A stretch of DNA of 63,818 nt, the filler included. It is 18 parts of 18 records of this genome, joined end to end, with 100 filler letters (N's around TTAATTAATTAA, not from the genome) between each part and the next. Parts side by side here need not be neighbours in the genome. Positions count along the whole stretch, not along the records: positions 44,347 to 47,704 come from SRR16133337_97144; positions 47,805 to 61,694 come from SRR16133337_97153; 16 more parts are not named here. One strand, 5' to 3'. This document shows, piece after piece, positions 46,686 through 59,828 of the stretch; position 1 is the first letter of the stretch, and every line of letters begins with the position of its first letter. Under the pieces are notes generated by a model. That model was given only the letters and a program-made list of their open reading frames with translations. It ran no database searches and had not been told where the DNA came from. The position numbers and the translations under genes are program-made.

Positions 46686-47636
46686 TTATTTTTTGGGTTT
46701 GTATTTTGATTTTCTAAAAACAATTTCTGCATTAAGTTTTAACATGTCTATAAGAGAAGAGTCATTGTTTTTCATAAATGATTGCACGATTTTCCATCCT
46801 ATCCAAGTTCCAATTTTTCCAGGAGAATCCCAATCCGTATCTAAATAAAATTTTGAAAAAGGAGCAGTATTGATAAAACGGTCATTTAGTTTTTTATCAA
46901 CACTGTATAACAGGTTTTTCGAGACAAAATAACTCCATATTTCAGCTTCGTTTTGGAGAGCCCAATCGTACTTCTTTTCTTCAAAACCAATAAGTTCTCG
47001 TTCAGAATATTCAGGCAATAAAGTCTCTAAAAGATACAGTTCTTTTCCGTAATAAATCATAGATTCCAAAAATGTACGCCCGTTTTTATAAGTAAATTTA
47101 TTTTTTGCAATATTTCTTGCTACATCCACTATCAAGTGTTGCCTCGTGTAATTATTTGAGATATAAGAAGGAAAACTATTATATACCTCAGAAGTTTTTC
47201 CTAAATACATATCTAATGAAATAAAAAGAAGTGAATCTGCGTAGATAACGTTGCTTTCAGCATCTAGTCCCGTAATGAGTGTTATTGTTTTTGGAACTTT
47301 AAAATTAGGTTTGTAATATTTAAGATGTTTAAATAATTGGATTAATTTTTCTTTTTCCATTTGAAAGTCACCAAATAAACGATCCACCATTTTATAGAGT
47401 ATTTTCTCATCCTCCATTTTTGAAAGCCATACACGGTCCTCCACAGCTAGAGGAAATAGATAAGGATACATTTGTTTTAGAACCTGAAGATTGCTACTAT
47501 CCATTCTAAAAAATTGATGATGAAAATCTACAAACTCAGCATTCACTTTGATAGAGGCAATCGCTTTAGAAACGCTTGTTCTTTTACAATTTGAAAAAAG
47601 AAAGAAGAGAATTATCGTAGAAAAAAGATATTTCAT
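46686..47636 (-). CDS. gldB: Gliding motility lipoprotein GldB
   Basis: Lipobox LFSNC; DSLLFISLDMYLG, APFSKFYL, SPGKIGTWIGWKIV and C-terminal SKYKPKK. Confidence 0.9.
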   Translation of the reverse strand: MKYLFSTIILFFLFSNCKRTSVSKAIASIKVNAEFVDFHHQFFRMDSSNLQVLKQMYPYLFPLAVEDRVWLSKMEDEKILYKMVDRLFGDFQMEKEKLIQLFKHLKYYKPNFKVPKTITLITGLDAESNVIYADSLLFISLDMYLGKTSEVYNSFPSYISNNYTRQHLIVDVARNIAKNKFTYKNGRTFLESMIYYGKELYLLETLLPEYSERELIGFEEKKYDWALQNEAEIWSYFVSKNLLYSVDKKLNDRFINTAPFSKFYLDTDWDSPGKIGTWIGWKIVQSFMKNNDSSLIDMLKLNAEIVFRKSKYKPKK

Positions 47637-48028
47637 TATAGAAGTATTTTAGACATGTTTATACGATTTGTTCATGCAGTCTTTTAGATGGTGAAACAGT
47701 GATGNNNNNNNNNNNNNNNNNNNNNNNNNNNNNNNNNNNNNNNNNNNNTTAATTAATTAANNNNNNNNNNNNNNNNNNNNNNNNNNNNNNNNNNNNNNNN
47801 NNNNTTTGAGTTAGAAGCAATTTTAAAAACAATTTATGTGAAGTAAAACTTTTTTCAGATCCTTAAATCCCTAAAAATTTTCAGAGATTTTAGCCCTTTT
47901 ATGAGTCTCAAATTTAGTTAAAATGATGCTTCTTAGTGTAGCTTGTTTTAGCTTCTAGAAATATTTACCAAAGCAAAAGATAAATTTATTACCGTAACAA
48001 ATCTAACTTTGTTTAAATTTGAAAGCCT

Positions 48029-48060
48029 AAAAAAAGAGGATCTCTTTCAACATCCTCTTT
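48029..48060 (-). terminator. Rho-independent terminator after rpoC-DUF3467
   Basis: AAAGAGGAT / ATCCTCTTT stem followed by a U-run on the minus strand. Confidence 0.7.
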
Positions 48061-48067
48061 AAAATTT

Positions 48068-48379
48068 TTATGCTTGTCCTGTAGGTCCAAAGTTCATAGG
48101 AATTGGAGGGTGTTCTGGTTCATTGATTTTTCCATTTGCTTTTTCAAACCTTTTTACATTTTCTGCCAAAGCCTTTGCCAATCTCTTCGCATGTTCTGGT
48201 GTCAAGATAATTCTTGACTTCACCTTCGCTTTTGGTGTTCCAGGCATTACATTTATAAAGTCAACAATAAATTCAGATACTGAATGATTGATAATTGCTA
48301 AGTTAGAATAGATTCCTTCCGCAACTTTTTCATTCAATTCAATATTTAATTGACCTTCTTTTTTTTGCTCTTTACTCAT
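48068..48379 (-). CDS. DUF3467 domain protein
   Basis: GIYSNLAIINHS.SEFIVDF...KVKSRIILTPEHAKRL; the usual gene after rpoC in Bacteroidota. Confidence 0.9.
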   Translation of the reverse strand: MSKEQKKEGQLNIELNEKVAEGIYSNLAIINHSVSEFIVDFINVMPGTPKAKVKSRIILTPEHAKRLAKALAENVKRFEKANGKINEPEHPPIPMNFGPTGQA

Positions 48380-48381
48380 AA

Positions 48382-51300
48382 TTACAAATTTTCTTCAATT
48401 TCTTCTTTGGGGCCTACAATGATCTTGTTGTAAGAACGCATTCCTGTACCTGCAGGAATTCTTTTACCAACAATTACATTCTCTTTTAATCCTTCCAAAG
48501 TATCTACTTTACCATTCACTGCTGCCTCATTCAATACTTTTGTAGTTTCTTGGAAAGAAGCTGCAGAGATGAATGATTTTGTTTGTAAAGAAGCTCTTGT
48601 AATGCCTTGTAATACTTGTTCTGCTGTTGCGGAATTTGTATCTCTAGCAATTGCCAATTCTTTATCTTCTCTACGTAAAAGTGAATTTTCGTCTCTCAAT
48701 TTACGTGCGGAGATAACTTGTCCAGCTTTCAATTCTTCAGATCCTCCAACCTCCTCAACGACTTTCATTCCATAGATTTCATCATTTTGCTCAATAAAGT
48801 CATTTTTATGAACCAATTGATTTTCTAAAAATAAAGTATCTCCTGAATCAATAATTCTAACTTTACGCATCATTTGACGTACTACTACTTCAAAATGTTT
48901 GTCATTAATTTTCACCCCTTGTAAACGGTATACTTCTTGGATTTCATTTACCAAGTATTCTTGTACTTTAGAAGGTCCTTGAATTTTCAAGATATCATTG
49001 GGAGTTATAGCTCCGTCAGACAATGGCATACCCGCTTTGATAAAGTCGTTTTCTTGAACTAAAATCTGATTTGAAAGTTTTACTAAATACTTTTTAATGT
49101 CTCCTAGTTTAGATTCAACGATAATCTCACGGTTACCCCGTTTAATTTTACCAAAAGAAACCACACCATCTGTTTCAGCAACTACTGCTGGATTTGATGG
49201 ATTACGTGCTTCAAACAATTCTGTTACACGTGGTAGCCCCCCTGTAATATCTCCAGCTTTACCAGATTTACGAGGAATTTTTACCAATACCTTGCCTGCT
49301 TCAATAACTTCTCCATTGTCAACCATCATATGAGAACCTAATGGCAAACTGTAGGAACGTAAAGCTTCTCCATCCTTTCCTTCAATAATTAATGTAGGGA
49401 TAATTTTCTTATTTTTCGACTCTGTAATTACTTTTTCTTGAAACCCTGTTTGTTCATCAATTTCTACTCGGAAGTTAATTCCTTTTTGAATATTTTCAAA
49501 AACGATTTTTCCAGCAAATTCAGAAACGATTACACCGTTAAAGGCATCCCATTTACATATTATATCTCCTTTTTTAATTTTCTTCTTTCCTTTTATAAAA
49601 ATATGAGAGCCATAAGGGATATTGTTTGTGCTTAGAGTCAATCCAGCCACCTCATCAATAACTTTAATTTCTGAGGTTCTAGAAATTACGATCTCAACTT
49701 TATTTCCTAATGCATCTTCACTTTCAACCGTATTTAAATCTTCGATTTCAACTTTACCATCAAATTTAGCGATCAACTTATTCTCTTCAGAAATATTTCC
49801 TGCAACCCCCCCAACATGGAAAGTTCTTAATGTCAATTGCGTACCAGGTTCTCCAATTGATTGTGCCGCAATAACACCAACAGATTCTCCTCTTTGCACC
49901 ATCGTACGAGTTGATAAACTCTGACCATAACAATTGGCACAAATTCCTTTAATAGCTTCACATGTTAATGGAGAACGTACTTCGACAGTGTCTACTCTTG
50001 AATCTTGAATTTTTTTTGCAAATTCATCAGTAATTAATTGTGAAGCCTCTAAAATAACTTCTTTCGTTATAGGGTGGTATACATCATGTAATGTAAAACG
50101 CCCAACAATTCTTTCTTCTAAAGATTCAACGACTTCGTCATTTTTCTTTAATGGCTCTACTTCTAAACCTCTTAAAGTTCCACAATCTTCTTCGTTTATA
50201 ATTACATCTTGCGAAACATCCACCAAACGACGTGTTAAGTAACCTGCATCAGCAGTTTTCAATGCCGTATCAGCAAGCCCCTTACGTGCCCCGTGAGTAG
50301 AAATAAAGTATTCTAAAATTGAAAGACCTTCCTTAAAGTTAGAAAGAATCGGGTTTTCAATAATTTCTCCTCCACCTGCTGTCGATTTTTTAGGTTTTGC
50401 CATCAATCCACGCATGCCTGTTAACTGACGGATTTGTTCCTTAGAACCCCTCGCACCAGAATCAAGCATCATATAAACAGAGTTGAACCCTTGTTGATCT
50501 TCTCTTAAACGTTTCATAGATAGTTCTGTCAAACGGTTGTTTGTAGATCCCCAAATATCAATAACTTGGTTGTAACGTTCTTTGTTTGTTAACATACCCA
50601 TGTTATAATTTGCCGTAATAAGATCTACTTCTTCATTTGCATCTGCAATCATAGATGATTTTTCTTTAGGAATAATAATATCTCCTAAACTAAATGACAA
50701 ACCTCCTTGGAATGCAAACATGAATCCCATTGTTTTGATATCGTCTAAAAATTTACCTGTCGTAGGAATATCTGTCGCTTTTAAAACATTACCAATAATT
50801 CCTCTTAAGTTTTTCTTCGTCAATACTTCATTAATGTAACCTGCTTTCGAAGGAACAACCTCGTTGATTAAAACTCTACCAACAGTTGTTTTAATAATTC
50901 TAGTAATTGGATTCCCTTCTGCATCTATATCTTGTGTTCTTACTTTGATGCCTGCATTCAAATCAACAACTTGTTCGTTATAAGCAATAATCATTTCTTC
51001 TGGTGAAGAGAATATCAATCCTTCTCCTTTTACAGGGGCTTCTGGAGTTGAAATTCTTTCTTTCGTCATATAGTACAATCCCAATACCATATCTTGAGAA
51101 GGTACTGTTACTGGAGCTCCATTTGCAGGATTTAATATATTATGTGATGCCAGTAATAATATCTGTGCTTCCAAAATTGCTTCTGAACCTAATGGCAAGT
51201 GAACCGCCATTTGATCTCCATCAAAATCGGCATTAAAAGCAGTACACACCAATGGGTGTAGTTGAATTGCTTTCCCTTCAATTAATTTTGGTTGGAATGC

Positions 51301-52656
51301 TTGAATACCTAAACGGTGAAGTGTAGGGGCACGATTCAACAATACAGGATGTCCTTTTAATACATTTTCGAGAATATCCCATACTACGGGTTCTTTTTTA
51401 TCTATTATTTTTTTAGCAGATTTTACTGTTTTTACAATGCCTCTTTCAATCAGCTTACGAATGACAAAGGGTTTGTACAATTCAGCGGCCATTTCTTTTG
51501 GCAATCCACATTCAGACAATTTCAATTCTGGTCCCACAACAATTACGGAACGTGCAGAGTAATCAACACGTTTTCCTAATAGGTTTTGACGGAAACGACC
51601 TTGTTTCCCTTTTAAGGAATCTGATAGAGATTTCAAAGGTCTGTTAGATTCTGTTTTCACTGCAGAAGCTTTCCGTGTATTGTCAAATAATGAATCTACA
51701 GATTCTTGCAACATCCGTTTTTCATTACGTAAGATTACCTCTGGTGCTTGAATTTCCACCAAACGTTTTAAACGGTTGTTACGGATAATCACTCTACGAT
51801 ACAAATCATTCAAATCTGAAGTTGCAAAACGACCTCCATCCAGAGGCACTAATGGACGCAATTCTGGAGGTATTACTGGAATTACTTTCATAATCATCCA
51901 TGCGGGATCGTTTTCTCTGTTTTTTATAGAATCTCTAAAAGCTTCCACAACATTCAAACGTTTTAACGCTTCTGTTTTGCGTTGCTTAGAAGTTTCGATA
52001 CTTGCTTTGTGACGCAACTCGTAAGACAAACTGTTTAAGTCGATACGATCTAACAAATCAATCAAACATTCTGCTCCCATCTTTGCGATGAATTTATCAG
52101 GATCCGTATCTTCTAAATATCTATTTTCTTGAGGAATCGTTTCTAAGATATCTAAGTATTCTTCTTCCATTAAAAAGTCCATTTTTTGCAATGGAGTTCC
52201 ATCTAAATTAGAAGCAATACCTGGCTGAATTACCACGTAACGTTCGTAATAAATGATCATGTCTAATTTCTTAGAGGGCAAACCTAAAAGGTATCCCATT
52301 TTATTAGGCAATGATCTAAAGTACCAGATATGAGCAATCGGCACAACCAGGTTAATATGCCCTACTCTATCTCTGCGTACTTTTTTCTCCGTAACTTCTA
52401 CACCACAACGATCACAAACAATTCCTTTGTACCGGATTCTTTTATATTTTCCACAGGCACATTCAAAATCTTTAATAGGACCAAAAATACGCTCACAAAA
52501 CAAACCATCTCTTTCTGGTTTATGTGTACGGTAGTTAATGGTTTCTGGTTTTAAAACTTCTCCTCTAGAGACATCTAAGATTGATTTTGGAGAAGCTAAA
52601 CCAATTGATATTTTACTAAATTTTTTTACCGTGTATTTATCTTCTTTTCTTGCCAT
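48382..52656 (-). CDS. rpoC: RNA polymerase beta' subunit
   Basis: [10 protein letters not shown] catalytic motif, N-terminal Zn finger, 1424 aa. Confidence 0.99.
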   Translation of the reverse strand: MARKEDKYTVKKFSKISIGLASPKSILDVSRGEVLKPETINYRTHKPERDGLFCERIFGPIKDFECACGKYKRIRYKGIVCDRCGVEVTEKKVRRDRVGHINLVVPIAHIWYFRSLPNKMGYLLGLPSKKLDMIIYYERYVVIQPGIASNLDGTPLQKMDFLMEEEYLDILETIPQENRYLEDTDPDKFIAKMGAECLIDLLDRIDLNSLSYELRHKASIETSKQRKTEALKRLNVVEAFRDSIKNRENDPAWMIMKVIPVIPPELRPLVPLDGGRFATSDLNDLYRRVIIRNNRLKRLVEIQAPEVILRNEKRMLQESVDSLFDNTRKASAVKTESNRPLKSLSDSLKGKQGRFRQNLLGKRVDYSARSVIVVGPELKLSECGLPKEMAAELYKPFVIRKLIERGIVKTVKSAKKIIDKKEPVVWDILENVLKGHPVLLNRAPTLHRLGIQAFQPKLIEGKAIQLHPLVCTAFNADFDGDQMAVHLPLGSEAILEAQILLLASHNILNPANGAPVTVPSQDMVLGLYYMTKERISTPEAPVKGEGLIFSSPEEMIIAYNEQVVDLNAGIKVRTQDIDAEGNPITRIIKTTVGRVLINEVVPSKAGYINEVLTKKNLRGIIGNVLKATDIPTTGKFLDDIKTMGFMFAFQGGLSFSLGDIIIPKEKSSMIADANEEVDLITANYNMGMLTNKERYNQVIDIWGSTNNRLTELSMKRLREDQQGFNSVYMMLDSGARGSKEQIRQLTGMRGLMAKPKKSTAGGGEIIENPILSNFKEGLSILEYFISTHGARKGLADTALKTADAGYLTRRLVDVSQDVIINEEDCGTLRGLEVEPLKKNDEVVESLEERIVGRFTLHDVYHPITKEVILEASQLITDEFAKKIQDSRVDTVEVRSPLTCEAIKGICANCYGQSLSTRTMVQRGESVGVIAAQSIGEPGTQLTLRTFHVGGVAGNISEENKLIAKFDGKVEIEDLNTVESEDALGNKVEIVISRTSEIKVIDEVAGLTLSTNNIPYGSHIFIKGKKKIKKGDIICKWDAFNGVIVSEFAGKIVFENIQKGINFRVEIDEQTGFQEKVITESKNKKIIPTLIIEGKDGEALRSYSLPLGSHMMVDNGEVIEAGKVLVKIPRKSGKAGDITGGLPRVTELFEARNPSNPAVVAETDGVVSFGKIKRGNREIIVESKLGDIKKYLVKLSNQILVQENDFIKAGMPLSDGAITPNDILKIQGPSKVQEYLVNEIQEVYRLQGVKINDKHFEVVVRQMMRKVRIIDSGDTLFLENQLVHKNDFIEQNDEIYGMKVVEEVGGSEELKAGQVISARKLRDENSLLRREDKELAIARDTNSATAEQVLQGITRASLQTKSFISAASFQETTKVLNEAAVNGKVDTLEGLKENVIVGKRIPAGTGMRSYNKIIVGPKEEIEENL

Positions 52657-52756
52657 GGTATCTATGGATTCGAATTTAAAATGTAAATTTTATTTTGTTT
52701 ATTCTCAGTAGGCTTGTAAAATAGCGAGGAGTTATTTGATCCTCGTTATTTTAATT

Positions 52757-55700
52757 TTAGTCTTCTAATCTAACGTCTAGTCCTAAGCCTTTCAGTTCAT
52801 GCATCAATACATTAAATGATTCTGGTAAACCTGGTTCTGGCATTTGCTCTCCTTTTACGATTGCTTCATAAGTTTTAGCTCTTCCCATTACATCATCAGA
52901 TTTTACTGTCAAAATCTCTCTCAAAATACTAGAGGCACCATAGGCCTCTAATGCCCAAACTTCCATCTCTCCAAAACGTTGTCCTCCAAACTGAGCTTTA
53001 CCTCCAAGGGGTTGTTGTGTAATTAAGGAGTACGGTCCAATAGAACGTGCATGCATTTTGTCTTCAATCATATGACCTAACTTAATCATATAAATAATAC
53101 CAACGGTTGCTAGTTGATCAAAACGCTTTCCTGTTCCACCATCATATAAGTAGGTATGCCCAAATCTTGGCACACCTGCTTTATCTGTATAGGTATTGAT
53201 TTGGTCTAAAGAGGCTCCATCAAAGATAGGGGTTGCATACATTTGCCCTAGTTTTTGACCTGCCCATCCTAAAACAGTTTCATAGATTTGACCAATATTC
53301 ATACGAGAGGGTACCCCAAGTGGGTTCAATACAATATCTACGGGTGTTCCGTCTTCTAAGAACGGCATGTCTTCTACTCTTACAATACGAGCAACAATAC
53401 CCTTGTTTCCGTGACGACCTGCCATTTTATCTCCTACTTTTAATTTACGTTTCTTAGCAATATAAATTTTAGCCAATTTTAAAATTCCAGCAGGTAATTC
53501 ATCTCCAATTGTAATGGTAAACTTATTGCGACGTAAAACTCCTTGTAAATCGTTTACTTTGATCTTGTAGTTGTGAATCAACTCGCCAATCAAAGTATTT
53601 AAGGCATCATCAGTAGTCCAAAAACCTTTTGTTAAATGCATATAATCATTGACAGAGTTCAACATTTTAAGCGTGAATTTCTTTCCTTTAGGGAACACGT
53701 CTTCTCCTAAATCGTTTTGAACTCCTTGAGATGTTTTTCCAGTTACTAGGTTGAATAGTTTATCTATCAACTCCTCTTTTAGGTTTTCAAATTTTACGAC
53801 AAAGTCACTTTCTAATTTTGCAATATCTTCTTTATCACGAATTCTCTTAGACTTGTCTTTTACCGCTTTTTGGAATAATTTTTTATCAATGACGACTCCT
53901 CTTAATGATGGAGGTGCTTTTAAGGAAGCATCTTTTACATCTCCTGCTTTGTCTCCAAAGATAGCACGTAGTAATTTTTCTTCAGGTGTAGGATCGGATT
54001 CTCCTTTTGGAGTAATTTTACCAATTAAGATATCTCCTGACTTCACTTCTGTACCAATACGAATCATTCCATTTTCGTCTAAATCTTTTGTAGCTTCTTC
54101 ACTTACATTAGGGATATCATTCGTCAACTCTTCGTTTCCTAATTTTGTATCTCTAACATCTAGTGAATATTCATCGACATGAATCGATGTAAATATATCT
54201 TCTCTTACCACTTTTTCAGAAATTACAATCGCATCCTCAAAATTATACCCTTTCCAAGGCATAAAGGCTACTTTCATATTTCTGCCCAATGCTAGTTCTC
54301 CTTTTTGTGTCGCATATCCTTCGCAAAGGACTTGACCTTCTTGAACCCTATCTCCTTTCTTAACAATTGGTTTTAGGTTGATGTTTGTTCCTTGATTGGT
54401 TTTTCTAAACTTAATTAAGCTATAAGATTTCTCATCAGCATCAAAACTTACCAACTTTTCTTCTTCAGTTCGATCATACCTGATGGTAATTTTATTAGCA
54501 TCTACATATTCTACAACTCCAGCTCCTTCAGAATTAATTAAAATCCGAGAATCCTTCGCTACTCTACGTTCCAATCCTGTTCCTACAATAGGGGCTTCTG
54601 GACGTAATAAGGGTACGGCTTGACGCATCATGTTTGATCCCATCAATGCACGGTTGGCATCATCATGTTCTAAAAAGGGAATTAAAGAAGCAGAAATGGA
54701 GGCAATCTGATTTGGAGATACGTCCATATAACTAACTTCTGTAGGTACTACAACTGGATAATCTGCTTCTTCTCTTACAATAATTTTTTCTTCAACAAAA
54801 TTTCCTTTTGCATCCAATTCTAAGTTAGATTGTGCAAATTTGTGTCCTTCTTCTTCTTCTGCACTTAAATAGATGGGTTCTTCAATCATATTCACTTTCC
54901 CTTCTACTACTTTTCTATAGGCTGTTTCAATAAATCCTAGATGATTTACTTTTGCATATACGGCCAAAGAGGAAATCAATCCGATGTTAGGCCCTTCAGG
55001 AGTTTCAATGGGACACAAACGACCGTAGTGTGTATAATGTACATCACGAACCTCAAATCCGGCCCTTTCTCTTGAGAGTCCACCAGGTCCTAAAGCAGAT
55101 AATCTACGCTTATGTGTAATTTCAGCTAATGGATTTGTTTGATCCATAAATTGAGATAACTGGTTGGTTCCAAAGAAAGAATTGATTACTGAAGATAAAG
55201 TCTTGGCATTGATCAAATCGATTGGCGTAAATACTTCATTGTCACGAACATTCATTCTTTCACGAATGGTACGTGCCATCCTAGACAAACCTACGCCAAA
55301 CTGACTTGCTAATTGTTCTCCTACAGTTCTCACACGACGATTAGATAGGTGATCAATATCATCAACTTCTGCTTTTGAGTTGATCAATTCAATCAAATAT
55401 TTAACAATTGTAATGATATCATTTTTAGTTAAAACTTTTGCGTCTAAAGACTCTTGAAGTTGCAACTTTTTATTCATTCTATAACGACCTACTTCTCCTA
55501 GATTATAACGTTGTTCAGAGAAGAACAATTTGTCAATAATTCCACGAGCAGTTTCCTCATCAGGTGGTTCTGCATTCCTTAATTGTCTATAAATATGCTC
55601 TACGGCTTCTTTTTCAGAATTGGTTGGGTCTTTTTGTAAGGTATTATGAATAATCGCATAATCTGCCATTTCATTGTCTTCCTTGTGTAACAATACTGCT

Positions 55701-56572
55701 TTGGCACCCGACTCAATAATCTGATCGATGTGTTCTTTTTCAAGAACCGTATCTCTGTCTAATATAATTTCATTTCTCTCAATAGAAACCACTTCTCCAG
55801 TATCTTCATCAACGAAATCTTCATGCCATGTTTTCAAAACACGTGCCGCCAATTTGTGCCCTAATATTTTCTTTAAGCCACTTTTAGAAACCTTTACTTC
55901 TTCTGCGAGATCAAAAATTTCTAAAATATCTTTATCTCTTTCAAAACCGATAGCCCTGAACAAAGTAGTAACTGGTAATTTTTTCTTTCTATCAATATAA
56001 GCATACATTACTTGATTGATATCCGTTGCAAATTCAATCCAAGATCCTTTAAAAGGAATCACTCTTGCTGAGTATAACTTGGTTCCGTTTGCATGAAACG
56101 ATTGCCCAAAGAAAACACCAGGGGAACGGTGTAATTGAGATACAACAACTCTTTCTGCACCATTGATTACAAAGGTACCTGAGTTTGTCATATAAGGGAT
56201 TGTTCCTAAATAAACGTCTTGTACGATGGTTTCAAAATCCTCATGTTCAGGATCTGTACAGTATAATTTTAATCGAGCTTTTAAAGGGACACTATAGGTC
56301 AAACCTCTTTCGATACATTCTTGAATTAAGTATCTAGGTGGGTCTACAAAGTAATCTAAAAACTCTAAAACAAAGTTATTCCTTGTATCTGTAATTGGAA
56401 AATTATCCATGAAAGTTTTGTATAAACCTTCATCACTTCGCTCATCTGCTTTTGTTTTTAACTGGAAAAAATCTTGGAAAGATTTGATCTGAATATCCAA
56501 GAAATCTGGATAATCTACCGTTAATTTAGCAGTGGCAAAGCTTATTCTTTCAATACTATTTTTCGTTGCCAA
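52757..56572 (-). CDS. rpoB: RNA polymerase beta subunit
   Basis: [12 protein letters not shown] and GGQRFGEME motifs. Start placed at TTG 56572 ([12 protein letters not shown]) rather than 56629. Confidence 0.98.
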   Translation of the reverse strand: MATKNSIERISFATAKLTVDYPDFLDIQIKSFQDFFQLKTKADERSDEGLYKTFMDNFPITDTRNNFVLEFLDYFVDPPRYLIQECIERGLTYSVPLKARLKLYCTDPEHEDFETIVQDVYLGTIPYMTNSGTFVINGAERVVVSQLHRSPGVFFGQSFHANGTKLYSARVIPFKGSWIEFATDINQVMYAYIDRKKKLPVTTLFRAIGFERDKDILEIFDLAEEVKVSKSGLKKILGHKLAARVLKTWHEDFVDEDTGEVVSIERNEIILDRDTVLEKEHIDQIIESGAKAVLLHKEDNEMADYAIIHNTLQKDPTNSEKEAVEHIYRQLRNAEPPDEETARGIIDKLFFSEQRYNLGEVGRYRMNKKLQLQESLDAKVLTKNDIITIVKYLIELINSKAEVDDIDHLSNRRVRTVGEQLASQFGVGLSRMARTIRERMNVRDNEVFTPIDLINAKTLSSVINSFFGTNQLSQFMDQTNPLAEITHKRRLSALGPGGLSRERAGFEVRDVHYTHYGRLCPIETPEGPNIGLISSLAVYAKVNHLGFIETAYRKVVEGKVNMIEEPIYLSAEEEEGHKFAQSNLELDAKGNFVEEKIIVREEADYPVVVPTEVSYMDVSPNQIASISASLIPFLEHDDANRALMGSNMMRQAVPLLRPEAPIVGTGLERRVAKDSRILINSEGAGVVEYVDANKITIRYDRTEEEKLVSFDADEKSYSLIKFRKTNQGTNINLKPIVKKGDRVQEGQVLCEGYATQKGELALGRNMKVAFMPWKGYNFEDAIVISEKVVREDIFTSIHVDEYSLDVRDTKLGNEELTNDIPNVSEEATKDLDENGMIRIGTEVKSGDILIGKITPKGESDPTPEEKLLRAIFGDKAGDVKDASLKAPPSLRGVVIDKKLFQKAVKDKSKRIRDKEDIAKLESDFVVKFENLKEELIDKLFNLVTGKTSQGVQNDLGEDVFPKGKKFTLKMLNSVNDYMHLTKGFWTTDDALNTLIGELIHNYKIKVNDLQGVLRRNKFTITIGDELPAGILKLAKIYIAKKRKLKVGDKMAGRHGNKGIVARIVRVEDMPFLEDGTPVDIVLNPLGVPSRMNIGQIYETVLGWAGQKLGQMYATPIFDGASLDQINTYTDKAGVPRFGHTYLYDGGTGKRFDQLATVGIIYMIKLGHMIEDKMHARSIGPYSLITQQPLGGKAQFGGQRFGEMEVWALEAYGASSILREILTVKSDDVMGRAKTYEAIVKGEQMPEPGLPESFNVLMHELKGLGLDVRLED

Positions 56573-56699
56573 AGGAGAAAAAATTTTAGTTAAAATTCTG
56601 TGATAAATAAAGAATAAATATAAATGCAAAAAATGGCTTAGGTTGAAAGGATAATCTCCTCAAAACCTAAACCTTCATTTAGTTCTTCTATAGAAAAGC

Positions 56700-57074
56700 T
56701 TATTTAAGCGTTACTTCGGCTCCTGCTTCTTCTAAAGATTTCACAAGACTATCTGCCTCCTCTTTAGAGACTCCTTCTTTGATAGGTGCTGGTGCACTAT
56801 CAACAATACCTTTTGCTTCTTTCAAACCTAAACCTGTTAATTCCTTAACTAATTTTACAATGGCTAATTTAGAAGCACCTGCTGCTTTCAAAATTACGTC
56901 AAACTCCGTTTGTTCTTCTGCTACATCTGCACCACCTGCTACGGGACCTGCTACGGCTACTGCTGCTGCAGCTGGCTCAATACCATACTCTTCTTTTAAT
57001 ATAGTAGCTAATTCGTTTACTTCTTTGACCGTTAAGCTAACTAATTGCTCTGCGAAATCTTTTAATTCTGCCAT
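56700..57074 (-). CDS. rplL: 50S ribosomal protein L7/L12
   Basis: [10 protein letters not shown] and GLGLKEAK motifs. Confidence 0.99.
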   Translation of the reverse strand: MAELKDFAEQLVSLTVKEVNELATILKEEYGIEPAAAAVAVAGPVAGGADVAEEQTEFDVILKAAGASKLAIVKLVKELTGLGLKEAKGIVDSAPAPIKEGVSKEEADSLVKSLEEAGAEVTLK

Positions 57075-57121
57075 TTTCTTAATTTTAAATTGTAATATAA
57101 TAATTTATTTGTGCGCTTTTT

Positions 57122-57637
57122 TTATCTTTCTGATAGTGTTTTCACAATACCTGAAAGTGTTTGACCTCCTGATTGTAATGCTGAAATAACATTTTGGGCA
57201 GGCAATTGTAACCATCCCATAATATCTCCAAGAAGCTCTTCTTTAGATTTGATATTTACAAGGTTGTCTAATTGTTCGTCTCCTAAATAAACTGCTTCCT
57301 CTATGTAGGCTCCTTTTAATACGGGTTTGTTAGATTTTTTTCTAAATTCTTTGATAATTTTTGCGGGTGCATTTCCTTTTTCAGATAATAAGATAGAGGT
57401 GTTTCCTTTTAATATAGAAGGTAATTCACCGAACTCTTTTGTTGCACTTTGCATTGCTTTTGAGAGCAATGTATTTTTCACTACAGCCAATTGTACGTCA
57501 GCTTTAAAACAAGCTCTTCTTAGGTTAGAAGTTGCTTGAGCGTTTAAACCGGATATATCTGCTACATAGATAATCTTATTATCCGTTAATTGGGCAGTTA
57601 AATTCTCTATTACTTGCGATTTTTCCTCTCTTGTCAT
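57122..57637 (-). CDS. rplJ: 50S ribosomal protein L10
   Basis: LRRACFK and VVKNTL motifs; operon position. Confidence 0.98.
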   Translation of the reverse strand: MTREEKSQVIENLTAQLTDNKIIYVADISGLNAQATSNLRRACFKADVQLAVVKNTLLSKAMQSATKEFGELPSILKGNTSILLSEKGNAPAKIIKEFRKKSNKPVLKGAYIEEAVYLGDEQLDNLVNIKSKEELLGDIMGWLQLPAQNVISALQSGGQTLSGIVKTLSER

Positions 57638-57660
57638 AATTCTACGAGTTTAACTTCCTA

Positions 57661-58350
57661 TTAATTTGATTTGATGTCTATTGCCAATCCTGTACTCATG
57701 GTACTAGATATAAAGGCACTTTTGATATACATTCCTTTTGCTGTAGTTGGTTTTAATTTAAGAAGTGTTTGGATTAATTCATTGGCATTATCTGCAATCT
57801 TATCAGCATCAAATGATACTTTTCCAATGGCTGCATGTACGATACCTGTCTTATCAACTTTGAAATCGATTTTACCTGCTTTTACCTCTTTTACAGCTTT
57901 TGCTACCTCCATGGTAACCGTGCCTGTTTTAGGGTTAGGCATCAATCCTCTGGGCCCCAATATACGTCCTAAAGGACCTAATTTACCCATAATGCTTGGC
58001 ATTGTGATGATCACATCTACATCTGTCCAACCTCCTTTAATTTTTTGAAGGTACTCCTCTAATCCTACATAATCAGCTCCAGCTTCTGTAACTTCTGCTT
58101 CTTTGTCTGGAGTAACTAATGCTAATACTTTAACCTCTTTTCCCGTTCCATGGGGTAGTGTTACAACCCCTCTAACCATTTGATTCGCTTTTTTAGGATC
58201 TACTCCTAAACGGATCGCTACATCTACAGAGGCATCAAAGTTTACATTTGTTATTTCTTTTACCAATGTAGCAGCTTCTATTAAAGAATATACTTTAGAA
58301 CTGTCTATCTTAGCTTGAGCTTCTTTTTGCTTTTTTGTTAATCTTGCCAT
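57661..58350 (-). CDS. rplA: 50S ribosomal protein L1
   Basis: LPHGTGK and [15 protein letters not shown] motifs. Confidence 0.99.
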   Translation of the reverse strand: MARLTKKQKEAQAKIDSSKVYSLIEAATLVKEITNVNFDASVDVAIRLGVDPKKANQMVRGVVTLPHGTGKEVKVLALVTPDKEAEVTEAGADYVGLEEYLQKIKGGWTDVDVIITMPSIMGKLGPLGRILGPRGLMPNPKTGTVTMEVAKAVKEVKAGKIDFKVDKTGIVHAAIGKVSFDADKIADNANELIQTLLKLKPTTAKGMYIKSAFISSTMSTGLAIDIKSN

Positions 58351-58360
58351 TTCTTACAAT

Positions 58361-58798
58361 TTATTGTGGAGCGTTTCCTTTCATTCTAATTCCCATAGAA
58401 CGAGCAGTACCTGCTATCATTCTAGTAGCAGATTCGATTGTAAATGCATTTAAATCTTGCATTTTATCTTCTGCAATTGTTCTTGCTTGATCCCAAGTAA
58501 TACTTGCCACCTTTTTACGATTGGGTTCTCCTGATCCTTTTTTAGCTTTTGCGGCCTCTAAAATCTGAACAGCCGCTGGAGAAGTTTTGATGACAAAATC
58601 AAAAGATTTGTCTTTGTATACCGTAATGGCTACTGGTAAAATTTTTCCTTGTTTGTCTTGAGTTCTGGCATTAAATTGCTTACAGAACTCCATAATGTTC
58701 ACTCCAGCGGCACCTAAGGCAGGACCTACTGGTGGTGAGGGGTTTGCCACTCCTCCACGTACTTGTAATTTTACTACTTTACTTACTTCTTTTGCCAT
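58361..58798 (-). CDS. rplK: 50S ribosomal protein L11
   Basis: [12 protein letters not shown] and IAGTARSMG motifs. Confidence 0.99.
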   Translation of the reverse strand: MAKEVSKVVKLQVRGGVANPSPPVGPALGAAGVNIMEFCKQFNARTQDKQGKILPVAITVYKDKSFDFVIKTSPAAVQILEAAKAKKGSGEPNRKKVASITWDQARTIAEDKMQDLNAFTIESATRMIAGTARSMGIRMKGNAPQ

Positions 58799-58926
58799 TT
58801 TATAACTTGTTTACTTTACCTATAGTGGAAGCCATTTGTAACAATAATTTGTTGAAAGTTCAAAGTATAAAAGACCTTTTTAATATACGACTTACTTTCC
58901 GTTTTTATTTTTTGAAATAATAATGA

Positions 58927-59478
58927 TTATGTTATTTTAGCAACTTGCATATAACTTAATTCTAAAGGTGTTTTTCTTCCGAAAATTTTCACCATTACCT
59001 CTAGTTTTCTTTTTTCTTCATTCACTTTTTCAATAACTCCATCAAAACCATTAAAGGGCCCGTCAACTACTTTTACCGTTTCTCCAATAAAAAATGGTAT
59101 GGCAATGTTCTCATTTTGAATTGCCAATTCATCAACTTTACCTAGCATTCTATTGATTTCGCTTTTTCTCAACGGAATAGGTTCTCCTCCTTTTGTTTCC
59201 CCTAAGAAACCTATGACACCCGTAACAGATTTAATGACATGGGGAACTTCACCACTTAAGTTAGCTTCAATCATAATATATCCTGGAAAATAAATCCGTT
59301 CTTTATTTACTTTCTTTCCATTACGAATCTGAACAACTTTCTCTGTAGGAACTAAAACTTGTTCTACAAAATCAGACAAACCTAATCTAGAAACTTCTGT
59401 TTCTATATAAGATTTTACTTTATTTTCTTGACCACCGATAGCTCTAACGACATACCATTTTTTGATAGAATCAGCCAT
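58927..59478 (-). CDS. nusG: Transcription termination/antitermination factor NusG
   Basis: WYVV, FPGY, KOW motif DGPFNGFDG and IFGRKTP. Confidence 0.98.
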   Translation of the reverse strand: MADSIKKWYVVRAIGGQENKVKSYIETEVSRLGLSDFVEQVLVPTEKVVQIRNGKKVNKERIYFPGYIMIEANLSGEVPHVIKSVTGVIGFLGETKGGEPIPLRKSEINRMLGKVDELAIQNENIAIPFFIGETVKVVDGPFNGFDGVIEKVNEEKRKLEVMVKIFGRKTPLELSYMQVAKIT

Positions 59479-59486
59479 ATAAATTA

Positions 59487-59678
59487 TTAATTAAAAATGT
59501 TGAAAAACGTATCCAATCCTGTTTGAAATACCGAATCTACGGTAAATACTGCCAAGGCAAATAATATGGTAAATATGGCAACAACTACCGTTGATTTTTG
59601 AGCTTCCGCTTTTGGCAACCAAGTCATATGAGTATTTAGCTCTTCAAATGATTCTTTTATATATTTTATGACCTTCAT
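59487..59678 (-). CDS. secE: Preprotein translocase subunit SecE
   Basis: MKVIKYIKESFEEL..MTW plus one TM helix, between tRNA-Trp and nusG. The track extension runs through the tRNA. Confidence 0.93.
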   Translation of the reverse strand: MKVIKYIKESFEELNTHMTWLPKAEAQKSTVVVAIFTILFALAVFTVDSVFQTGLDTFFNIFN

Positions 59679-59691
59679 TCTTTTCTTTTTT

Positions 59692-59767
59692 TGGCACGGG
59701 TGGAGAGACTCGAACTCACGACACCTGGTTTTGGAGACCAGTGCTCTACCAACTGAGCTACACCCGT
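59692..59767 (-). tRNA. tRNA-Trp (CCA)
   Basis: ACGGGTGTAGCTCAGTTGGTAGAGCACTGGTCT-CCA-AAACCAGG...GTTCGAGTC...CCCGTGCCA. Confidence 0.97.
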
Positions 59768-59828
59768 AGTAAAACAAGGTGTTCGCAAAAAAACAAAACA
59801 CCTCGTATTAATACGTCTCGTTTTGTTT

